Origin: an uncultured Acidimicrobiales bacterium
Lineage (GTDB): Bacteria; Actinomycetota; Acidimicrobiia; Acidimicrobiales; CADCSY01
Assembly (NCBI GenBank): GCA_902805555.1
Contig: CADCSY010000005.1
Coordinates: 13,555-77,554 of the forward strand
DNA: 64,000 nucleotides
Direction of reading: 5' to 3'
Shown: piece after piece, positions 1-8,230 of the stretch
Layout: the number at the start of each line of letters is the position of its first letter
How positions within the stretch are numbered: position 1 is the stretch's first letter
Notes under the pieces: model-generated
Databases searched by the model: none
Told to the model about the DNA's origin: nothing
What the model saw: only the letters and a program-made list of their open reading frames with translations
Translations under genes and position numbers: made by a program

Positions 1-1130
1 AGCGTGGTGGGCCGCACTGCGCCGAGGTAGGTGGCCCCGAGGTCGGTGACGCCGAGGGCCACGTCGGCGGCGTCCTCCGTGCGGGTGCAGGCGGCGCCGG
101 CCGGTCCGGCCTCGAGCCGCCAGCGCCCGCCGCTCGCCGGCCGGAACGGGTCCGCCACCTCGAGCACCAGCGAGTCCTGCACGAGGTACGAGCGGGCCTC
201 CATCGCTGCGCCGACGTCGAGCAGCCGCACCCAGAGGTGGTCGCCGACGTGGCCGGTCTGGAGCCGGCGGGGGTCGGCGAGGCGCCACCGGAGCGGGTCC
301 TGCACCGGCCGGTTGGCGGCGTCGATCGTGGCGACGAGGTCGACGCTGAGCAGGTGCTCCCACAGCGCGGCCTCGACCTCTGCGTCGGCGCCGATCACCT
401 CGGTGGCGACGAGGGTGCTGGCGGGGAGGCCGTGGTCGCCCCACGACGACTTGATGCGGTAGCAGGCGTAGCCGTCGGGTCGGCCGGCGTCGCTCTCGTG
501 CAGCACGAAGAACCGGGCCGAGGCACCCTCCCGCCCGTCGGGCCGGTCCCGCAGCCAGAAGTCCCAGTACGCAGGCTTGCGGCTGAGCGCGCCAGGCGTG
601 GTGGCCCGGTGGGCCTCGTACACCTCGGGGAGCACGGCGGCTGCCACCGCGGCGTCGACCTGGCGGAGCCGGCCCCCGACCGCCGGGGGGAAGGCCAGCG
701 TCGTCCCGTGCGTCGGCAGCTTCCACCTCGCCAGGTCGGCCGCCGACCCGTAGCCGTAGCGCCCGTAGATCACCGACTCGGATGCCGTGAGGATCGACAC
801 GGGCTGGCCGCGACGTGCGACCTCGTCGAGGTGGAGGTCCATCATCGAGGTGAGGATCCCCCGGCGGCGGTGGGTGGTGCGGACGCCGATGGCGGTCAGG
901 CCGCCCGCAGGCACGGTGGCGCCACCCGGCAGCGTCAGCCGGAAGGCGAAGGCGCCGCCGGTGGCGACGATCTCGCCGTCGTCGAAGACCCCCCACCGGT
1001 GCTCACCCTCGGTGATCGCAGCCCAGTCCGCGACCTCCTCGTCGGTCGGCTGCGCGCCGAAGGCGGCCTCGGTGACCCGGGCCCACGCCGGGAGCTCGTC
1101 GTCGGTGATGTCGCGCAGCTCGAGGTCCAC
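1..1130 (-). CDS. GNAT acetyltransferase, Eis-like (GNAT plus SCP2-like C-terminal part). Partial: the 3' end runs off the window start.
   Basis: Manual translation of the minus strand from a GTG at 1128-1130 is an uninterrupted frame to position 1. It reads VDLELRDITDDELPAWARVTEAAFGAQPTDEEV...GVFDDGEIVATGGAFAFRLTLPGG...HRRRGILTSMMDLHLDEVARRGQPVSILTASESVIYGRYGYG..., which is typical of Eis/UPF0256. It is absent from the ORF track because no stop lies inside the window. Confidence 0.55.
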   Translation of the reverse strand, partial: MDLELRDITDDELPAWARVTEAAFGAQPTDEEVADWAAITEGEHRWGVFDDGEIVATGGAFAFRLTLPGGATVPAGGLTAIGVRTTHRRRGILTSMMDLHLDEVARRGQPVSILTASESVIYGRYGYGSAADLARWKLPTHGTTLAFPPAVGGRLRQVDAAVAAAVLPEVYEAHRATTPGALSRKPAYWDFWLRDRPDGREGASARFFVLHESDAGRPDGYACYRIKSSWGDHGLPASTLVATEVIGADAEVEAALWEHLLSVDLVATIDAANRPVQDPLRWRLADPRRLQTGHVGDHLWVRLLDVGAAMEARSYLVQDSLVLEVADPFRPASGGRWRLEAGPAGAACTRTEDAADVALGVTDLGATYLGAVRPTT

Positions 1131-1195
1131 GGCGGCAGCATGCACCGCCGCCACGGGTGTGCGCCCGCCGTTTCCGGCCGCCGCACGGCGCAGGG

Positions 1196-2674
1196 TCAGC
1201 CAGCGGCGCGCTGGCGGAGCAGGGCGTTCACCGCCTTGCCGTCGGCCTTGCCCGACGTCGCCTTCATCACCTTGCCGACGAACAGCCCTGCCACCTTCGG
1301 GTCGCCGTCGACGAAGCGCTGCCACGCCGCCGGGTCGCTGGCGACAGCCGCGTCGACCGCGGCTGCCAGCTCGTCCTCGCCCATCGCCTCGAACCCCCGG
1401 GCTGCTGCGATGGCCTGTGGGTCGCCACCGCCGGCCACGAGCTCGGCCAGGACCACCTTCGCCTGGGTGGCGGTCAGGGCGCCGTCGGCCTCCATCCGGC
1501 TCACCGCTGCGAACGCCGGGGCGGTCAGGGCACCGACGTCTGCCGCGGCCAGGTCGTTGGCGGCGCGGGTCAGGAGCCGGTCCGGATCACCGCCTGCGTC
1601 GACCGCGGTGAGGACGAGGGCGTCGAGGTCGCGCTCGACGACGAGCGCAGCGGTCGCCTGCTCGGCGCCCGTCCGGTCGCTCAGGGCCCGCCGGCGAGCC
1701 GCAGGCAGGGGGGGCAGGGCGGCGTCGACCGCAGCCACCCACTCAGCGGCGGGTTCGAGCGGCACGAGGTCGGGCTCGGGGAAGTACCGGTAGTCGTCCG
1801 CCTCCTCCTTCGACCGGAGGGTGTGGGTCCGACCCTCGGCCTCGTCCCAGTGGCGGGTCTGCTGCACGATGCGCTCGCCGGCGGACAGGAGGTCGACCTG
1901 GCGGCGGGCCTCGTACTCGATGGCCCGCACGAGGGAGCGGGTGGAGTTGAGGTTCTTGATCTCGCAGCGGGTGCCGAGCTCGTCCGTCCCCGCCCTGCGC
2001 ATCGACACGTTGGCGTCGACCCGCATGCTGCCCTCCTCCATCTTGGCGTCGGAGGCCCCGGTGGCCAGCAGGACCGCCCGGAGCTCCTGCACGTAGGCCC
2101 TGGCCTGCTCGGGGGTGCGGATGTGGGGGCGGCCGACGATCTCGACGAGGGGGACGCCGGCCCGGTTGTAGTCCACGAGGGAGTGCAGCGCGTCGTGGAT
2201 GCGACCGCCCCCGCCGACGTGGGTCGACTTGCCGGTGTCCTCCTCGAGGTGGGCCCGCTCGATCCCCACGACGGAGCCGTCCGGCAGCTCGAGCTCACCG
2301 TCCACGTTGATCGGCCGGTCGTACTGGCTGACCTGGTAGTCCTTCGGCATGTCCGGATAGAAGTAGTTCTTCCGGTGGAAGACGCTCGGCTCCACCCGGC
2401 ACCGCAGCGCCCGGCCGAGGCGCATGGCGAGCTCGACCACCTGGCGGTTGAGGACCGGGAGCGACCCGGGGAGGCCCAGGCACACCGGGCACACGTTGGT
2501 GTTCGGCTCGGAGCCGAACTCGTTGGCGCAGCCGCAGAAGATCTTGGTGGCGGTGGCCAGCTCGCAGTGCACCTCGAGGCCGACGACGAGCTCCCACGCC
2601 TGCCCCGAGGGGTCGGTCACGGTGAACGGCTCGACGATCGTGCCGACCCCGGCGTCGGTGGTGAGGAAGGTCAT
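1196..2674 (-). CDS. gatB: Asp-tRNA(Asn)/Glu-tRNA(Gln) amidotransferase subunit B
   Basis: Clear GatB homology (DPSGQAWELVVGLEVHCEL, FCGCANEFG, RKNYFYPDMPK). The ATG at 2672-2674 is preceded by GGAGCGGACGAC, an RBS supplied by the upstream repeat element. The ORF-track extension upstream of this ATG is repeat sequence. Confidence 0.95.
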   Translation of the reverse strand: MTFLTTDAGVGTIVEPFTVTDPSGQAWELVVGLEVHCELATATKIFCGCANEFGSEPNTNVCPVCLGLPGSLPVLNRQVVELAMRLGRALRCRVEPSVFHRKNYFYPDMPKDYQVSQYDRPINVDGELELPDGSVVGIERAHLEEDTGKSTHVGGGGRIHDALHSLVDYNRAGVPLVEIVGRPHIRTPEQARAYVQELRAVLLATGASDAKMEEGSMRVDANVSMRRAGTDELGTRCEIKNLNSTRSLVRAIEYEARRQVDLLSAGERIVQQTRHWDEAEGRTHTLRSKEEADDYRYFPEPDLVPLEPAAEWVAAVDAALPPLPAARRRALSDRTGAEQATAALVVERDLDALVLTAVDAGGDPDRLLTRAANDLAAADVGALTAPAFAAVSRMEADGALTATQAKVVLAELVAGGGDPQAIAAARGFEAMGEDELAAAVDAAVASDPAAWQRFVDGDPKVAGLFVGKVMKATSGKADGKAVNALLRQRAAG

Positions 2675-2765
2675 GTCGTCCGCTCCCGGCCTGCGGCCGG
2701 GCCGCTCGGGCCCCGCTCGCTGCGCTCGCTCATGTCGTCCGCTCCCGGCCTGCGGCCGGGCCGCC
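2672..2765 (-). repeat. MIRU-like intercistronic repeat, locus A. One full ~59 bp copy plus a partial second copy, with a 20-codon mini-[23 protein letters not shown].
   Basis: The unit catgtcgtccgctcccggcctgcggccgggccgctcgggccccgctcgctgcgctcgct occurs at 2672-2730 and a partial copy at 2731-2765. The mini-ORF ATG (2733-2731) overlaps the gatA TGA (ATGA). The mini-ORF TGA (2673-2671) overlaps the gatB ATG (ATGA). Two perfect hairpins are present: cccggcc-tgc-ggccggg and gggcc-gctcg-ggccc. Confidence 0.8.
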
Positions 2766-4259
2766 ATCGCCGGTCGGCGCCATGCTGTGCTCGAGCACGG
2801 CGGCGGCCCGGAACAGCGTCGGCTCCGACAGGGCGGGGCCGAGCAGCTGGACGCCGATCGGCATCCCGTCGTCGCCGAGGCCGTAGGGGACCGAGATCGC
2901 CGGGTCGCCCGCCAGGTTGGAGGGGATCGTGCAGACGTCGGTCAGGTACATCGACAGGGGGTCTGCGGTCTTCGCGCCGAAGGGGAAGGCGGTCGTCGGC
3001 GCCGTCGGGGACAGGAGGAGGTCGAAGCGCTCGTACGCAGCGGCGAAGTCCCGGATGATGAGGGTGCGGACCTGCTGGGCCTTGCCGTAGTAGGCGTCGT
3101 AGTAGCCGGCCGACAGCGCGTAGGTGCCGAGCATGATGCGGCGCTTGACCTCGTCGCCGAAGCCGGCGGTGCGGGAGGCCACGTTCATCCCGCCGTTGGT
3201 GGGGGCGTCGACCCGCAGGCCGTAGCGGACGCCGTCGTAGCGGGCGAGGTTGCTCGACGCCTCGGCCGGGGCGATGAGGTAGTAGGCGGAGAGGCCGAGC
3301 GTGGTCGCCGGGACCGACACGTCCTCGACCTTGGCGCCGGCTGCCTCCAGCGCCTCGGCGGCGGCTGCCACCCTTCGCCTGACGTCGGGATCGGTCCCCT
3401 CCCCGGACAGCTCGGTGACGAGGCCGATGCGCAGCCCCTCGACCCCGGCGTCGAGCACGGCGCTCACCGCGGGGGCGGGGGCGTCGATCGACGTCGAGTC
3501 GAGGGGGTCGTGGCCGGCGACCACCTCCAGCAGCGCAGCGGCGTCGGCGACGGTGCGGCCGAACGGCCCGATCTGGTCGAGGCTGCTGGCGAAGGCGATG
3601 AGGCCGTAGCGGCTCACCGCGCCGTAGGTCGGCTTCATCCCGACGACCCCGCAGTAGGCGGCGGGCAGGCGGACGGAGCCACCGGTGTCGGAGCCGAGGC
3701 CGAGCGGCGCGAAGCCGGCAGCCACCGCTGCCGCGCTGCCCCCGCTGCTGCCGCCCGGCACCCGGCCCGTGTCGTGGGGGTTGCGGGTCGGGCCGAACGC
3801 GGAGTGCTCGGTCGAGGAGCCCATCGCGAACTCGTCGAGGTTGGCCTTGCCGATGGCGATCGCACCGGAGGCCGCCAGTCGAGCCACCACCGTGGCGTCG
3901 TAGGGCGGCAGCCAGCCCTCGAGGATCCGCGACGAGCACGTCGTGGGGACGCCCCTGGTGCACAGGTTGTCCTTCAGCGCGACTGGCACGCCCGCCAGCG
4001 GGCCCGGGTCCTCTCCGGCCGCCAGCCGCTCGTCGACCCGGCTCGCGGCCGCCAGCGCCTCCTCCTCCATGACGTGGTTGAAGGCGTGGATCTCGCCGTC
4101 ACCGGCGGCGATGCCCGCCAGGTGGTCCTCGACGACCGACACGGCCGACCTGGCGCCGGACCGGACCTGCGCAGCGAGCTGCAGCGCGCTCGCCTCCAGG
4201 CCGCCGACCTCCTCCGCCCCTTGCCTGCCGCCGGGCCCGCTCGTGTCACGCTCGCTCAC
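2730..4259 (-). CDS. gatA: Glu-tRNA(Gln) amidotransferase subunit A (amidase family)
   Basis: Amidase signature [17 protein letters not shown], and a GatA-like N-terminus. The GTG start overlaps the gatC TGA (GTGA). The C-terminal ~17 aa ([16 protein letters not shown]) are read from a copy of the repeat element. Confidence 0.93.
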   Translation of the reverse strand: MSERDTSGPGGRQGAEEVGGLEASALQLAAQVRSGARSAVSVVEDHLAGIAAGDGEIHAFNHVMEEEALAAASRVDERLAAGEDPGPLAGVPVALKDNLCTRGVPTTCSSRILEGWLPPYDATVVARLAASGAIAIGKANLDEFAMGSSTEHSAFGPTRNPHDTGRVPGGSSGGSAAAVAAGFAPLGLGSDTGGSVRLPAAYCGVVGMKPTYGAVSRYGLIAFASSLDQIGPFGRTVADAAALLEVVAGHDPLDSTSIDAPAPAVSAVLDAGVEGLRIGLVTELSGEGTDPDVRRRVAAAAEALEAAGAKVEDVSVPATTLGLSAYYLIAPAEASSNLARYDGVRYGLRVDAPTNGGMNVASRTAGFGDEVKRRIMLGTYALSAGYYDAYYGKAQQVRTLIIRDFAAAYERFDLLLSPTAPTTAFPFGAKTADPLSMYLTDVCTIPSNLAGDPAISVPYGLGDDGMPIGVQLLGPALSEPTLFRAAAVLEHSMAPTGDGGPAAGRERTT

Positions 4260-4612
4260 TGCTCCTCCCCCAGCGCAGGGGGGACGCGGAACCGGTCGTC
4301 CTCGACCGCGGGCGCGGCGGCCAGCACCTCGGCCCGGTCCAGGCTGGGGCGGACGACGTCTTCTCGCAGCACGTTCACCAGCGGGAGCGGGTGGGCGGTG
4401 GGGGGCACCCCCTCGGTGTCGAGCGACTCGACGTCCTCGGCGTGGTCGAGCACCGCCGCCAGCTGCACCGTGAAGAGGTCGAGCTCCTCCTCGCTCAGCG
4501 ACAGCCGGGCGAGGTCGGCGACGTGGGCCACGTCCTCCCTGGTGATGCGCTCGGCCACGAAGGCATCGTAGAGGTGGCCTGCCCGCCCCCGTTCGGAGGT
4601 CCGGATCCGCAC
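4256..4612 (-). CDS. gatC: Asp/Glu-tRNA amidotransferase subunit C
   Basis: GatC motif [37 protein letters not shown]. The true start may lie downstream of the first M (e.g. at VAERITRED). Confidence 0.82.
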   Translation of the reverse strand: MRIRTSERGRAGHLYDAFVAERITREDVAHVADLARLSLSEEELDLFTVQLAAVLDHAEDVESLDTEGVPPTAHPLPLVNVLREDVVRPSLDRAEVLAAAPAVEDDRFRVPPALGEEQ

Positions 4613-4878
4613 GTTCTGGCGGTCGGATCCGGTGCAGTGCCCCCGATCTGGCCGCCAGCTCAGGGCTGCGGCGGTGTCCCGCCACGTTCTGGCGGTCGGA
4701 TCCCGTGCTGTGACCCCGATCTGACCGCCAGCTCAGGGTGCGCGGTGACCGGCCTTGTTCTGGCGGTCGGATCCGGTGCTGTGACCCCGATGTGACCGCC
4801 AGCTCAGGGGTGCGGGGAGGTGCCCGCATCGTTCTGGCGGTTGGATCCGGTGCTGTGCACCCGATCTGACCGCCAGTA
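4613..4878. repeat. Tandem array of four ~72 bp units, each containing a 14-bp-stem imperfect inverted repeat (hairpin)
   Basis: Copies start at 4613, 4686, 4757 and 4831. The conserved core is gttctggcggtcggatccggtgctgtgaccccgatctgaccgccagctcagggtgcg, followed by a 13-15 nt variable tail. The stem pairs ctggcggtcggatc with gatctgaccgccag. Every stem mismatch is a G·T pair on the plus strand only. Confidence 0.85.
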
Positions 4879-4908
4879 CGGAGTCTGGGAAGGGAGCGGC
4901 GGCGGGCC

Positions 4909-5838
4909 TCAGTGGGCGGCGCGGTGGTGGGCGGCGAGGGCGTCGCCGCCGAAGTCCGACGTCGGGTCGCGGACCACCGTGTGCACGTGGTTGGCGCCGT
5001 CCTGGGTGTTGTCGAGCTCGACGAGCAGGCGGGGGGCGACGAGGCGGTAGTGGTGCCCGACCCCGGGCTCGGGAGCTCCAGACCATGCGAAGGTCGCCCC
5101 GGAGGGGTCGGGCCGTCGGCTGCCGGCTGGGAAGCGGCGCAGGTAGAGCCCGATGAGGGCGTCGGCCGCCGAGGCGGCAGCCCCGTCGAGGGCCGCGAGC
5201 GGCATCCCACCGCCCAGGGAGCCGATGTCGACCGCCGGGTCGTTCCTCGTGAGGATGTCGTCGGGGGCGCGATCGGCCACCACCGCCGACGACCGCTGCT
5301 CGACCGTGAGCGCGTGGAGCAGCTCGAAGCCCAGCGCCTCCTCGGCGGCCAGGGGCGCGCTGACGACCTTCCCCTCGTCCTCGACCACCGCCGGGTTGGC
5401 GCCGAGGAACAGCGGCGTGAGGTGGACCTCACCCTCCACCACCGTGGCGTGGACCGAGACGTGGTGGCCCTCGAAGCGCCAGCCCCAGGTCGGCGCGCCC
5501 GGGTCCCCGAACACCGACACCCAGTAGTCGTCCCGGTGACGGCGGTCCGAGGCGAAGCCCTCGGCGCCGTCGAGGACCTCGTCGAGCGCCATGATCACCC
5601 CGACCCGGGCGAACGCGGGCGCCGGCAGGAGGAGGCTCAGGACCCGGTGCACGGCCTTCGTGGCCCGCCTGTCGAGCGCGTGCACGGGCACCCCCCGCCG
5701 GGCGGTCGGCCAGTAGGCCCACGTCCGGCGCTCGTCCTCCTCGAAGGGCAGGGAGGCGGCGCTCCGGGCGGATGGCGCGAGTGCGTCGAGCAGCGCTGCG
5801 GCCTCGGCCGTCAACCGGGCGGCGAGGGGGCCACCCAC
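4909..5838 (-). CDS. DUF3500 family protein
   Basis: The [14 protein letters not shown] motif and overall composition fit DUF3500. GTG start at 5838. Confidence 0.55.
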   Translation of the reverse strand: MGGPLAARLTAEAAALLDALAPSARSAASLPFEEDERRTWAYWPTARRGVPVHALDRRATKAVHRVLSLLLPAPAFARVGVIMALDEVLDGAEGFASDRRHRDDYWVSVFGDPGAPTWGWRFEGHHVSVHATVVEGEVHLTPLFLGANPAVVEDEGKVVSAPLAAEEALGFELLHALTVEQRSSAVVADRAPDDILTRNDPAVDIGSLGGGMPLAALDGAAASAADALIGLYLRRFPAGSRRPDPSGATFAWSGAPEPGVGHHYRLVAPRLLVELDNTQDGANHVHTVVRDPTSDFGGDALAAHHRAAH

Positions 5839-5842
5839 GACG

Positions 5843-6601
5843 TCAGGCAGCGGTGACCTTGCGGATGAAGCCGATCGACCGCTCGGCGATGAGCTCCTTG
5901 TCGTAGTCGAGCGTGGCCACGTGGTAGCTCCGCTCGAGCGTGACCCGCTCCACCGGGCCGCTCACCGAGGCGGCGAGGTGGTCGCTGCTGGCCGGTTCGA
6001 CCACGTGGTCGTCGGTGCTCGTGAGGAGCAGCACGGGACAGGTGATGGCGGGGAGGAGCGGCTGCAGCTCGTCGAGCGCCTCGAAGAGCGACAGCGCACA
6101 GGCCAGCGGGGTGCCCTCGTAGGCCGACTCGTGCGCCTCGGGGTCGGCGATGTCGGAGCCGATGCCCGGCGACACCGTCTCCCCGGCGCCGAGCATGAGG
6201 GTGACCATCTCCTTGACCTCGGGCTCGCGGGCGGCGATGGCGGGGTTGATGCAGACGATCCCGGCCACCTCCGGGTGTCGGGCCGCCAACCAGGCGGTGA
6301 GCGTGCCGCCCATGGACAGCCCGACGACGACGACGGTGCGAGAGCGTCGGGCCAGGTCGGCGTACGCGGCCGCTGCGGCACCGGACCAGTCGGCCCACGT
6401 GGTCGTCATCATGTCCTCGATGGTGGTGCCGTGCCCCGGCAGCCGGGGCATCTCGACGGTGAACCCTGCGTCGACCAGCGCCTCGGCGAGGGGGCGCATC
6501 GTCCCCGGGTTGCCGGTGAAGCCGTGGAGGACGAGGACCCCGACGTCGTTGCCCGTCACCGAGAGGGGTTCGGCCCCCGGCATGATCTCGAGCTCGCTCA
6601 T
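5843..6601 (-). CDS. Alpha/beta hydrolase, carboxylesterase-like
   Basis: HGFTGNP oxyanion region, GLSMGG nucleophile elbow and a C-terminal His. The fold resembles Est/YvaK-type esterases. Confidence 0.75.
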   Translation of the reverse strand: MSELEIMPGAEPLSVTGNDVGVLVLHGFTGNPGTMRPLAEALVDAGFTVEMPRLPGHGTTIEDMMTTTWADWSGAAAAAYADLARRSRTVVVVGLSMGGTLTAWLAARHPEVAGIVCINPAIAAREPEVKEMVTLMLGAGETVSPGIGSDIADPEAHESAYEGTPLACALSLFEALDELQPLLPAITCPVLLLTSTDDHVVEPASSDHLAASVSGPVERVTLERSYHVATLDYDKELIAERSIGFIRKVTAA

Positions 6602-6671
6602 CTCGTCACCGTACCGCCGGCCGAACGACCGGCCCCCGGGGGCACTGCAGCGCGACGAGGGAGGCGCCCCG

Positions 6672-6899
6672 TCAGACGTAGGGGTCCTCGGGGCCCTTCG
6701 GCTCCTCCCACCAGTCGCCCGGTGGCGGGGTCCAGTCGGGATCCGGGTAGATGCAGTCGACCGGGCACGGGTCGAGGCACTTCCCGCACCCGGAGCACAG
6801 CTCGGGGATGATGATCACGTCGATGCCGTGGTTGAAGATGGCACCGAACTGCGTCGGGCAGTGCCTGATGCAGGTGTCGCAGTTGATGCACTCGGCCAT
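6672..6899 (-). CDS. YfhL-like 2[4Fe-4S] ferredoxin
   Basis: Two CxxCxxCxxxCP motifs (CINCDTCIRHCP and CSGCGKCLDPCP). The likely start is the ATG at 6899 (MAECINCD). The ORF-track start at 6980 would add a 27-aa extension. Confidence 0.7.
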   Translation of the reverse strand: MAECINCDTCIRHCPTQFGAIFNHGIDVIIIPELCSGCGKCLDPCPVDCIYPDPDWTPPPGDWWEEPKGPEDPYV

Positions 6900-7036
6900 C
6901 TCGATGCGCAGCGGGACGCTCTTCCACTTCGGGTTCCGCTCGCGGTGCTCGATCCGCTGGTCCCTGGTCGCAGCCGGCATGCCCGCACGATACCGCCCGC
7001 GTTGACCCCGGGGTCGGGGGGCGCGAGCGTGAGGGG

Positions 7037-7669
7037 ATGAGCAGTGACCGGCGCCTCACCGCGCAAGGCGTCGAGCGCAAGCAGCAGCTCCTCGACAGCG
7101 CGGCGACCCTCTTCGCGGAGCGGGGCTTCGCCGACACCCGGGTGATCGACATCGTCGCTGCCGCCGGCGTGGCAAAAGGGCTCTTCTACTGGTACTTCGA
7201 GAACAAGGACGCCGTCTTCGCCGAGCTGGTGACCTCCACGCGCCAGTCCCACCGGCTGGCCCAGCGGGACGCCATCGACCCCGCCGCCGACCCGCTCACC
7301 CAGCTGCGCCAGGGGTGCGAGGCGTCCGTCCGCTTCATGGCCGACCACGCCCACCTCTACGCGCTGCTCCAGGCCGAGGGGCCCGACCAGCGGGTCAGCG
7401 AGCTGCTGCGTGAGGGCACCCAGGTGCACGCCACCGACACCGCCGCGCTGCTCGAGCGAGGTATCGCAGAGGGGCTCGTGCGCGACGAGGACCCGATGCT
7501 GCTCGCCTACGGGGTCCTCGGGTCGGTCACCTGGTTCTGCCACTTCCACCGCACCGGGCGCATCACCCAGTCGGCGGAGGAGCTCGCCACCTTCGTCGGG
7601 CGCTACGTCGTGCGGTCCGTGGCCGCCGAGGGGGTCGACGAGAGCCTGCTGGTGGGCACCGCCGCCTGA
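7037..7669 (+). CDS. TetR/AcrR family transcriptional regulator
   Basis: N-terminal HTH LLDSAATLFAERGFADTRVIDIVAAAGVAKGLFYWYF. The RBS GAGGGGA precedes the ATG. Confidence 0.9.
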   Translation: MSSDRRLTAQGVERKQQLLDSAATLFAERGFADTRVIDIVAAAGVAKGLFYWYFENKDAVFAELVTSTRQSHRLAQRDAIDPAADPLTQLRQGCEASVRFMADHAHLYALLQAEGPDQRVSELLREGTQVHATDTAALLERGIAEGLVRDEDPMLLAYGVLGSVTWFCHFHRTGRITQSAEELATFVGRYVVRSVAAEGVDESLLVGTAA

Positions 7670-7789
7670 CCGGCGGCGCTCCCCCGCCCGGTCTCCGGCC
7701 GCGCCGGCGTCGACCCTGCGCACCTGCGTCCGGCACCCTGTGACCGCACTAGGTTGCTGACGGTTCGGACCTGACCCGAGGAGCGCTCC

Positions 7790-8197
7790 GTGCCGACGTA
7801 CCCCTTCCTGAGCGACGAGTGGATGGACGCAGCCCGCGAGATCCGCGAGGAGTACCGGGGCAAGACCCCGCCCACGGCCCAGCCCATCAAGATGAACCAG
7901 GTCATCACCGAGGTGCCGTTCGGCGAGGGCAAGATCGAGGCCCACATGGACTCGAGCTCCGGCGAGATGGAGATGGAGCTCGGGCACCTGGCCGACGCCG
8001 AGGTCACCGTGACGGTCGACTACGCGACGGCCAAGGCGATCTTCGTCGACCAGAACCAGCAGGCGGGGATGCAGGCGTTCATGTCGGGCAAGATCAAGGT
8101 CCAGGGCGACATGACCAAGCTGATGACCATGCAGCAGACGGGCATCGACCCGGTGGCCCTCGAGGTCGCAGGCCGGATCAAGGCCATCACCGAGTAG
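7790..8197 (+). CDS. SCP2 sterol-binding domain protein
   Basis: MQAFMSGKIKVQGDMTKLMTMQ is a typical SCP-2 C-terminal motif. Confidence 0.8.
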   Translation: MPTYPFLSDEWMDAAREIREEYRGKTPPTAQPIKMNQVITEVPFGEGKIEAHMDSSSGEMEMELGHLADAEVTVTVDYATAKAIFVDQNQQAGMQAFMSGKIKVQGDMTKLMTMQQTGIDPVALEVAGRIKAITE

Positions 8198-8230
8198 CCC
8201 GACCCCCTCGCGTCGGCCCCCGCTCTGGTG

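Noticed and set aside
237-3058. Long plus-strand ORFs (237..1793, 1157..3058, 2424..4571) opposite gatB, gatA and the Eis-like gene
   Set aside because: Their composition is R/G/P/D-rich with no domain signatures. They are antisense to genes with clear homology, which is a typical high-GC open-frame artefact.
4613-4878. Possible CRISPR array (regular ~72 bp repeats)
   Set aside because: The variable segments are only 13-15 nt, the units are nearly contiguous, only four units are present, and there are no cas genes in the window. This is a tandem hairpin repeat, not CRISPR.
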